Shown piece after piece: positions 55,601-62,948 of a stretch of 64,000 nt of DNA. The stretch lies in the IMG/VR virus record IMGVR_UViG_3300044637_001305; one strand, 5' to 3'. The stretch comes from an uncultured virus (IMG/VR IMGVR_UViG_3300044637_001305). Its lineage: Duplodnaviria; Heunggongvirae; Uroviricota; Caudoviricetes. The translations under genes and the position numbers were made by a program. Position 1 is the stretch's first letter, and the number at the start of each line of letters is the position of its first letter. The notes beneath the pieces were generated by a model. That model had not been told where the DNA came from. It did not search any database and worked only from the letters and a program-made list of their open reading frames with translations.

Positions 55601-56039
55601 AGGAACCAATAAAGAAAATATTGGTTTTGCTAGTTGGTTAGTTGAGTATTTAAAAAAAAGTAACAAACTAGAAACTTTGTCAAAATTATCAGATGAGGAA
55701 AGCCTATCAAAACAAATAATGATGTATATTACAAATTTAGGTAACATTAATAAAAATAAGGCACAAAAATACGCCAATAATACTTCATCATATTTTTGGG
55801 AATTTTTAAATCGTATAGAGAGTGAATATAAAAAAGTTTATCCTGATGATACACAAAAACTATATAGTAAACTTTACAAACAAGCGTATGAAATAATTAG
55901 TAAAGGGTTTCCTGTTGTTGCCGGTGTTGTATTTGCAGGCAAATCGTTTTTGGACGATGATAAAGAAATAACAACCGAAAACACTAAAAGATTGAGTCTT
56001 TTAGAGATATTTAAAAATACTTATAATTTACAAACCTAA
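52698..56039 (+). CDS. Large leader-bearing protein with kinase-like and zincin motifs
   Basis: Start re-assigned to 52698; HGDLNTNNILI...IIDP near 53670; HEMAH at 54942 plus downstream EIEA. Confidence 0.7.
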   Translation: MMNNNKKILLEISRIRQMMGLGSVISEGPESYCPFCVEFFSQISKILSQASKIGDDVNVTKQLEDIRSKIDSSGLNLNQKSALKNILDDVMLEYKGTKSITKLQDDIKLKIKNDALSDVVQPNVIVKNIIDTDLILKDINFATELFDSGFKHKTYKSNVESFLDTVIEFANKNKKSDVSLKDATIAELDSFIRGKYATDGLDATLIDNLMVKWKDWFETLEKIKSISGNSTIFYKSADDRTIPIRFGKNYESLADEYNSALKMNEVDEHFIKPLSYDEGKGYSMENFSDSKTLRDYLDGGEKITQDIADKIKNAVNSIHEKGLCHGDLNTNNILIKSDGSDFRIIDPVGYPSKQQGFTDFDLAKADDISSLNNIIDQKNIKIEEKIKSNSDVRAPGIDANGFLNLINQFVESSDPIKRVTILKFINKTTEQKEVLTSFITKYSNNISQSQKIVSLEDLFDPNKSIELTNLAKSIVQNKQTIVTLIDPLLNKGRYPKLFDFSKSTNPQLIEIQSKLGSGELNDVIKKINEGKTNELTYQQIEKLSSDLENINKLITNSDTKKYIDDVVNDLKFLSEDVVNVKFQTNRMTNVAEKFEVKQVSGVKINKEELENIKRIVNENGYKVWGWNINADEPIYKLAKVNGETVRFTLSEYGPRRYDGNRVYDDKIFEQFQDEYSDIVTKNNQIGNYMSFEEFLKNKFKNNQKMMDLYFPKYKVLGGVRMTDDSGNIWVITNPVGAGAKKNVDYVTFHEMAHVDQKSGIYSPIDAYRINEFETPQKALEYLDKKIQRSFTPKNAKTVKLYVNWDEVTNGTKESAELMDRYLKETGNPNPLTPPGGTYVWAHGDMFNTWAKKNEDTIDEKYFRTGVESQTIIKNLYSPDVKKRTLLMTLEETRQHYIKNKQPTEQVDRLISKIENLDTEKLNLFLKNNVDDPLLGYSIKRSAHKLSYFLNIQEIEADFTALIRELMDKGTNKENIGFASWLVEYLKKSNKLETLSKLSDEESLSKQIMMYITNLGNINKNKAQKYANNTSSYFWEFLNRIESEYKKVYPDDTQKLYSKLYKQAYEIISKGFPVVAGVVFAGKSFLDDDKEITTENTKRLSLLEIFKNTYNLQT
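52737..53374 (+). repeat. 638-bp duplicated 5' gene segment, copy 1
   Basis: Colinear with 59276-59913 (constant offset 6539) with long identical runs. Confidence 0.9.
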
Positions 56040-56077
56040 TATTTTTTTTAACATATTTATTTAAATAAAACAATTTG

Positions 56078-59000
56078 ATGAACGATCTAGATTCCGTAAT
56101 AAAAAAAATACTTCTTAATATGAATTATGACTCAAAAAAAACTTTGAGTGAAAATGTCCATACCACAGAAAAAAAATTAATAGACAATAGACCATTAATA
56201 AAAAAACGTTTTTTAAATGAGGGTAGGTGTGAAGATGCTGGATATTTTATTCCTGTTGGTATGGCGGAAATTATGAGATTCCAACATTGGGTTTTTGAAG
56301 TTTTAGAAAAAGATGCTAAAATAGTGGGATCAAAAAAATGGAGTGATGGTGCGTCATATAATACATATAATTCAATACTTTGTAGTTCCCCTTGTATCTA
56401 CAAAGAGGCGGTTGATGGCGCCTTTGGTTCGTCCCCAACTGCTAAAACATATAGCGCTTGGCAAAAATATGGTGAAACATATAAAAAAACATTTCCAGAT
56501 TGGTGTATACCTCAGAATAAATTCACATATATGGCAACAGGTGTGGATAGACCCGTACAAGGAATGACTCAAATAAAAAATTTCCAAAAATGGTTTTTAG
56601 AGCATTATGAGAAAAATTTAGATCCAACCAAAACACCTACAGTTCTATGTGGAAATAAGACATGTTGTAAAGAGGGTGTTGGGTGTGCTATTGATGGATC
56701 TTGGGGCGCAGGAACAGAAGCGGCTTGGAAACATACCATTCAACCAATAACTATAAAAACTTGGGACCCTATTACTCAAAAATATGTACAAAAGGGGTTA
56801 ACAGATTGGTGGTACGGTAAACCTGCGGGTGATGCTTATACTAAATTAAACCCTAATTGGGGTGAACAAATAACATGGGATTTTGTTGAGGAAAAAAAGA
56901 AGGAAGAACAAAAAACAGTAGTGAATGCAACATTACAAATGGCGTCAACATTAAAAAATATAAAGAATTTTATGAACGACCCATCTGGTTGGGATGGGGT
57001 GGCGGTTAGAGACCCCATTAATCCTAGATATCAAGATTGGAATAATTCAACATATTGGAAAACCAACCCTAAAGACGTTTTTCTTCGTGAAGGATATGGA
57101 TGGGATTATGATGTTTCAACATACCCAATGCCTAAAAAATATACCTCAGAAGAAATGGGTATTTTTCGTGTTACAAAAACTGACGGAAAAGAGCAAGGGA
57201 AAAAAATTGACCCAAATGTTGCATCAACAACTGCAGTTAATAACATTTATACACCGTTTAAAGATGATTGGATGAAATTAAGTCCCGAAGAGGCCTCAAA
57301 AATGGAGGTGTGGAGAGCAATGACTAAATTTAACAACGATCTTGATAAACAAAAAACAAGAATAGATGGTGTTTGTAAACCTATAAGGGTTGGTGTTGAC
57401 GGATCAAAGACTAAAAACGGCAAAGGGTATAATAAATGGATTAGTCCTCATGATATTTGTATCACGGCTGGTGGTTTATGGGCATATGAAAAAGATGGTG
57501 TAACATCTTGTGGTTGTAGAGATATGACCGCACCGTCAATTAATGGTCCTGCATCACAGGGAACAATGATATGGAGTTCTGGTGAAGGTATTGAAACTTT
57601 TTTTAGTATGCCTTCAGCAGTTAGTCTTTTAGAATATAAAACTAAAATAAATACTCTTTTTGTAAAACCGCTTTCTGAATATACATTAAAAGATTATGCG
57701 ACAGTAGTTAGTGAAGTTACAATGCCATTGACTTTTGCCACTATGGTACTTTTTCCTGCTTTTGGTGTTAGTAAATTAACTACCGAATTGGTTTTACTTT
57801 CGTATGATTTGGTAGATGCCGCGGCGTATATGGTTTTAGATAATCCATATGGTGTTGGGTTATCATTGACCATGGCCGTTATTGGTGCACCTAATGTTAT
57901 AAATAAAATTCCAGCAATAAGGGCATTTACTGATGGTACTAATGCGGCAAAAACAAAACAATTCATTAAAGATTTTTCAGAAGCATTAATTCAAAACAGC
58001 CCTAAATTAATGACTATGTATAAAAATGTCTGTGAAGAACTTTGGGTTAATACTGCGTGGATAAAAATGATGGTTAGTTCACGAGCACCTAAATTGGTTA
58101 AAGGAGCTAAAACGGTTGCTAAAGTTAGTAAAGGTATTATAAATATCTCTAAATTTAGCGGACAAAAAATGTTAAATTTTACAAAGTTTTTGTTGACTAC
58201 AGATAAAAAGGGATGGTCATTTTTTAGAAATTTAATAATAAACTTCCCTTTACCTATATATGCTTGGGATCAATTGGCATATCGTATGGGGTATTGTAAT
58301 AGTATGCCATTTGAACAAGTTGTTGAAATGAATGACCGTATTGAAAAATTAGAAACAGAAAAAAATCCATTAGACTATACTGATGAAGATAAAGAAATGA
58401 TAAAAAGTAAACCGTGGAAAGCATTTGTTTTAATGGCCAAAGGTGCAGCACCTTTTCAGACCGAGACAGAACCATGTAAAAAATTAAATCTTTATCACAA
58501 TGCTCTTGAAAAATTTAAAGGTGGTGGAGATGAGGCATTTAATCTAGCTAAAAGTGAAATTGAAGAACTTAAAAAACAACTTGAAGAAGGTGGTTTTGGT
58601 TCTAAAATATTATTACAATTAAATGACGCTACTGAATCATCATTTACAACCGGAACCGTTGACACGATTTGGGATTTAAATGTATATGCGGTTCAAGCGG
58701 CATTAAATCATTTTATTGGGCAAAAAAGACCAACAGAAACAAAAATTACTGAATATGGTTATATGGATGATGAAACAAAAAACGCAATAGTACTATTTAA
58801 AGAATATTCTGGTTTAATAAAACCGACTACAATATCAAATTACATTGAGGATGAAAAAATAACTAATGATTTTTTAACAAAGTTAAAAGATTATATAACG
58901 GTAAATGCGAGTTCAATTGTGGACCCTAAAGTAATTGATTATAGTAGTGAAGATATGCAGAAATCAAGTTATGAAAAAATATATAAAAAGTATAACGTTT

Positions 59001-59173
59001 TAAAAGGGTTAAGTTCTGAGCCACCTAAAGACACTACCGTTTATCAAGAATATTTTATAAATAAAATAGATGAACTTACACCAGAACAAAAGAAAAACTT
59101 AATCCAAAGTTCTGAGGATGGTATGGATGATACTTGGTTAGACGATATGTACGAAAGGTGGGGTAAACAATAA
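56078..59173 (+). CDS. Large protein with PG-binding-like repeats and hydrophobic helices
   Basis: TATTTAT 56054-60; two I..FQ.W...A(V/I)DG..G...AW repeats; C-terminal V.AVQ.AL...G..D..T.NAI..F. Confidence 0.7.
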   Translation: MNDLDSVIKKILLNMNYDSKKTLSENVHTTEKKLIDNRPLIKKRFLNEGRCEDAGYFIPVGMAEIMRFQHWVFEVLEKDAKIVGSKKWSDGASYNTYNSILCSSPCIYKEAVDGAFGSSPTAKTYSAWQKYGETYKKTFPDWCIPQNKFTYMATGVDRPVQGMTQIKNFQKWFLEHYEKNLDPTKTPTVLCGNKTCCKEGVGCAIDGSWGAGTEAAWKHTIQPITIKTWDPITQKYVQKGLTDWWYGKPAGDAYTKLNPNWGEQITWDFVEEKKKEEQKTVVNATLQMASTLKNIKNFMNDPSGWDGVAVRDPINPRYQDWNNSTYWKTNPKDVFLREGYGWDYDVSTYPMPKKYTSEEMGIFRVTKTDGKEQGKKIDPNVASTTAVNNIYTPFKDDWMKLSPEEASKMEVWRAMTKFNNDLDKQKTRIDGVCKPIRVGVDGSKTKNGKGYNKWISPHDICITAGGLWAYEKDGVTSCGCRDMTAPSINGPASQGTMIWSSGEGIETFFSMPSAVSLLEYKTKINTLFVKPLSEYTLKDYATVVSEVTMPLTFATMVLFPAFGVSKLTTELVLLSYDLVDAAAYMVLDNPYGVGLSLTMAVIGAPNVINKIPAIRAFTDGTNAAKTKQFIKDFSEALIQNSPKLMTMYKNVCEELWVNTAWIKMMVSSRAPKLVKGAKTVAKVSKGIINISKFSGQKMLNFTKFLLTTDKKGWSFFRNLIINFPLPIYAWDQLAYRMGYCNSMPFEQVVEMNDRIEKLETEKNPLDYTDEDKEMIKSKPWKAFVLMAKGAAPFQTETEPCKKLNLYHNALEKFKGGGDEAFNLAKSEIEELKKQLEEGGFGSKILLQLNDATESSFTTGTVDTIWDLNVYAVQAALNHFIGQKRPTETKITEYGYMDDETKNAIVLFKEYSGLIKPTTISNYIEDEKITNDFLTKLKDYITVNASSIVDPKVIDYSSEDMQKSSYEKIYKKYNVLKGLSSEPPKDTTVYQEYFINKIDELTPEQKKNLIQSSEDGMDDTWLDDMYERWGKQ

Positions 59174-59245
59174 CTATTTATCTAAAAATAGGTATTTATA
59201 AACTAAATATTTTTTTTAACATATTTATATAAATAAAACGATTTG

Positions 59246-62050
59246 ATGGAAAAACAAATATTAAATGAAATTGTAAGAATTAGACAAATGATGGGTTTAG
59301 GATCTGTTTTGTCTGAAGGACCTGAAAGCTATTGTCCTTTTTGTGTTGAATTTTTTAGTCAAATTAGTAAAATACTTGATCAAGCGGCAAAAATTGGAGA
59401 CGACGCTAATGTAACAAAACAACTAGAAGATATAAGATCAAAAATTGATAGTTCAGGACTCAATTTGAATCAAAAAGAAACACTAAAAAAGATTTTAGAT
59501 GATGTAACGCTTGAGTATAAAAACACAAAAAGTATTACAAAATTACAAGATGATATAAAATTAAAAATTAAAAATGAAGCATTATCTGATATTGTTCAGC
59601 CAAATGTCGTTGTTAAAAATATAGTTGATCCGGACATAATAATAAAAGATATTAATTTTGCAACAGAATTATTTGATTCAGGTGCAAAACATCAAACATA
59701 TAAAACTGAAATTGAAACAACCCTTGATACTGTAATTGAGTTCGCAAATAAAAATAAAAAATCAGATGTATCATTAAAAGACGCAACAATCGCAGAACTT
59801 GATTCTTTTATTCGTGAAAAATATGCCACCGATGGCTTGGATCCAGAATTAATTAATAATTTGATGCCAAAATGGAAAGAATGGATTGAAGGTTTGGAAA
59901 AAATTAAATCTATGGATCTTGGTAAAATTGAAAGAAGCATACCATATAAAGGTACCGATACTTTGGATGTAAAATATTCAAATAAATTTTTTGAAATAAT
60001 TAAAAAGACAGGTGACGATTTAACCGAAAGTGAATTGGCGTTCAAAAAACTTGTTGAGGATTGGAAGGCAGGTAAAGATATCACTGATGTGGATTTTGAA
60101 GCCGCTTTGAAAAAAATTGACGAGGATTCCGTTAAACCAAAGCCGGAAGATGAAGTTATTGACAATAATGTTACACAAAGTGATGATATTGTTGATCCCG
60201 TACCTGAAACAAATAATTTCTTTGATGTTTTTGCTAATGAAAGTTTAATAGATTCTGAGTTCATTTCAGAATTTCATAGGTTTAGAATGGTAGCTGGAAA
60301 TTCAGATAATGATTTCTACAAAAAATGTGTTAAAAATATTGAGGACGGTAAAAAATTGTCGTCAGCAGACATATTAAAATTAAACGACGAAATATTTAGT
60401 AAGTTTCCAAAGGTTAAAGATCGTTTATTAAACCCTAAGAAAACAAAACTCAATATATGGCAAACATTTTATTGGTCAACGGTTGAACCACTTGTAAGAC
60501 AGTACAGAGCACTTTGGAGACAGGGCGATACTAAATTTGAAAAAATGGCAAGAGAATCGGTCAACGAGTCAGGTGAACAAATTTATAAAGAAGGGGCTAA
60601 TTTTACATTTTATGCGGATGAATTTCTTAAAAAACTTGAGGGAGCTATAACATTTAGTGAAAACATAACAGGGGCACAAATAAAACAATTAAAAGATCGT
60701 TTTGTTAGATTGTCTGCAAATAATAGTGAAACTTATAGGATTTATTATGATAAATTATGGAAAGATTTAGATGAGTATTTGAATAATAATTTAGATTCTG
60801 CCGCAAAAAATAATTGGAACAAACTAAAAGAAAAAATCGCAACAGAAAAGGAAAGTAATTGGAGATATCTTACTTGGTCTGAAATTACGGGTGACCCTTC
60901 TCTAATTAAAAAGGCTCAAGAAATTTTAGATAAAGAAAAGGCTCTTAAAACTGGAATCAGAAAAGAGTTGGGAAATATTGATAATTATATAAATGCTGCT
61001 ATATCATATGTTATGAGAAAGTTTGGCGGTAACATTATAAGTTATTTTATAACAGGTAATTTTAGAACACCTAGACAAATGATGGAATATATGGTTAAAA
61101 ACGGGTATCAAAAATCAGGAGTTGGTTGGTTAAAATTGAGTGCTGAGGCTTCAAATTATATGCAAATGAAACTTTTCAAATATCTGTATCTACCGGTTAT
61201 TGCCAGTTTAGGGATTTACATATCAAGTTTATTATCATCGACAGTCACTTTAACCGGTGATGAGATAAGTTTTCTTGAAACTTTTTGGGGTCAACTAACA
61301 GGAAAAGATGATGGGGGATTAGAAAAAACCATTAAGTCTATTGGAGGTTTTATTTGGGACGATTTTTCCAAATATTCTCCTGAGTGGTATAAATGGTACA
61401 AAGAATATGGTATTTCTATGCCTCTTTCACCAGCAGGTAAATCACTCGTTTATTTAACGGCAATTGCACAATCAGACCTACCAACACAACAACAAAGACA
61501 AGAAGAGGCTGAAACCAAAACATTCAACGAAGTAAATAAAAAATTGGAAACTAATTGGGATAACGCAACCCCTGAACAACAACAAAAAGCAAGGTCTGAA
61601 TCGGCATATGCAAAACTAAGAGGTGGTTTAAGTGAATATAAATACCCCGATTTGACTGCAGATGAACAAAAGTTAATATACAGTAGATTGTCGTTTGAAC
61701 CCGGTATAACAAGAGACGAAAATTTTGATTCTTTAATTCAAGACAAAGAAAATGTATTAAAGGATAGTGCTGAAAAAGTGGCGTTAGGTCAATTTGATCC
61801 TAAATCAATTAATGTTAAAGCAATAAAAGGTTATGGTTTAATTGAAGGTAAAAGCGGAAATAAATATAAAGTGGTTCCTGTTTTTAGAAATAATGACCCG
61901 TATTCTTTATATGGAAAAACATCAGACCCGAATATAAAAGATTATTGGGCTTGGTTGAAGCCACCACATGACGAGATAACAAGTAAAGATTCCGTCCAAC
62001 CATTTAGTATGAAGCAATTCATAGAAGAATATAATACAGGTAAAAATTAA
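59246..62050 (+). CDS. Large leader-bearing protein, N-terminally paralogous to 52698
   Basis: TATTTAT 59222-28; MEKQILNEIVRIRQMMGLGSVLSE leader; hydrophobic segment YLYLPVIASLGIYISSLL. Confidence 0.75.
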   Translation: MEKQILNEIVRIRQMMGLGSVLSEGPESYCPFCVEFFSQISKILDQAAKIGDDANVTKQLEDIRSKIDSSGLNLNQKETLKKILDDVTLEYKNTKSITKLQDDIKLKIKNEALSDIVQPNVVVKNIVDPDIIIKDINFATELFDSGAKHQTYKTEIETTLDTVIEFANKNKKSDVSLKDATIAELDSFIREKYATDGLDPELINNLMPKWKEWIEGLEKIKSMDLGKIERSIPYKGTDTLDVKYSNKFFEIIKKTGDDLTESELAFKKLVEDWKAGKDITDVDFEAALKKIDEDSVKPKPEDEVIDNNVTQSDDIVDPVPETNNFFDVFANESLIDSEFISEFHRFRMVAGNSDNDFYKKCVKNIEDGKKLSSADILKLNDEIFSKFPKVKDRLLNPKKTKLNIWQTFYWSTVEPLVRQYRALWRQGDTKFEKMARESVNESGEQIYKEGANFTFYADEFLKKLEGAITFSENITGAQIKQLKDRFVRLSANNSETYRIYYDKLWKDLDEYLNNNLDSAAKNNWNKLKEKIATEKESNWRYLTWSEITGDPSLIKKAQEILDKEKALKTGIRKELGNIDNYINAAISYVMRKFGGNIISYFITGNFRTPRQMMEYMVKNGYQKSGVGWLKLSAEASNYMQMKLFKYLYLPVIASLGIYISSLLSSTVTLTGDEISFLETFWGQLTGKDDGGLEKTIKSIGGFIWDDFSKYSPEWYKWYKEYGISMPLSPAGKSLVYLTAIAQSDLPTQQQRQEEAETKTFNEVNKKLETNWDNATPEQQQKARSESAYAKLRGGLSEYKYPDLTADEQKLIYSRLSFEPGITRDENFDSLIQDKENVLKDSAEKVALGQFDPKSINVKAIKGYGLIEGKSGNKYKVVPVFRNNDPYSLYGKTSDPNIKDYWAWLKPPHDEITSKDSVQPFSMKQFIEEYNTGKN
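59276..59913 (+). repeat. 638-bp duplicated 5' gene segment, copy 2
   Basis: Colinear with 52737-53374. Confidence 0.9.
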
Positions 62051-62055
62051 AAAAA

Positions 62056-62922
62056 ATGAGTAAAAGATTTGACGAAGACAATTTTAAACATTGGAAGGAT
62101 ACTTTCAAGTTTCAATCGTATGACGATGAAAATGGTGAATATAAAGACGTAAAAATCAAAATGGAAGACGTAATGGACAGAATAGATCATTACAGAAAAA
62201 AATATGATGAGGATGATTCTTTTGTAAGGGCGGTGGTTGATACCCACGAAGACGTGGTAAAAATCATGTTTACTAAAGATTTGGCACATCTTACCGAATC
62301 TGTAGAGTTACATGGTCTTGTTAAAATTTTACAAAACATAAGTGAAAGTAGAGGTGAAATGGAAATTTGGTCAGTTGCTAGACCGGCAGACGGAAACTGG
62401 TTTTTAGTGAAGGGTTCTTTTAATAAAAGACAGTTAGCGAACATGGATTTACACAAAAAAGATAGACCTGATAAAGAAACTGAACATAGAGAAAAACCCG
62501 AACAAGGGTTAAAAAAAAAAGAGGAAAGCGCAATACAAACACTAAAAACTAACGAAGAGCAAGGTTTAAAATTACTACCTGTTAAAATACAACAAAAAGT
62601 TAAAGAAAAAATGGCAAAGGGTTGGACGACAGAAACACCCTACCAATTCTTTAATGAATTTTACGATGAAAGTGAAATAAATTCAGTTTTCAATGAAAAG
62701 ATTAAAATTTTCAAACTGAAACCTACTCACGAATTTTTTAACAAATTAAAAGAAAATTCTGCTAAAATTTCTTTAAAAAGAGGTTTTTGTAGATCAATAT
62801 ATTTATCCAAAAATGATTCAGACATTAATCAAGAACAAGAAAAAGTAGTAAAACATATCTTAACAAGATGTGACCAAAAGTTTGAGGGTAAAATAGGAAT
62901 TTATAGATCGGAACCGAATTAA
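62056..62922 (+). CDS. Hypothetical protein
   Basis: 288-aa ORF. Confidence 0.7.
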   Translation: MSKRFDEDNFKHWKDTFKFQSYDDENGEYKDVKIKMEDVMDRIDHYRKKYDEDDSFVRAVVDTHEDVVKIMFTKDLAHLTESVELHGLVKILQNISESRGEMEIWSVARPADGNWFLVKGSFNKRQLANMDLHKKDRPDKETEHREKPEQGLKKKEESAIQTLKTNEEQGLKLLPVKIQQKVKEKMAKGWTTETPYQFFNEFYDESEINSVFNEKIKIFKLKPTHEFFNKLKENSAKISLKRGFCRSIYLSKNDSDINQEQEKVVKHILTRCDQKFEGKIGIYRSEPN

Positions 62923-62948
62923 ATAAAATTATCAAATATTTATTGTAA

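Noticed and set aside
52737..59913. Diversity-generating retroelement template/variable repeat pair
   Set aside because: The repeat is 638 bp at the 5' ends of two intact genes, differences are not confined to adenines, and no reverse transcriptase is present in the window.
59692..60264. Long antisense ORFs (also 10586-10945, 55382-55777, 57694-57966, 16255-17046, 22842-23180 and similar)
   Set aside because: They lie opposite well-supported genes, are Ser/Phe/Leu/Ile-rich as expected for shadow frames, and lack promoters.
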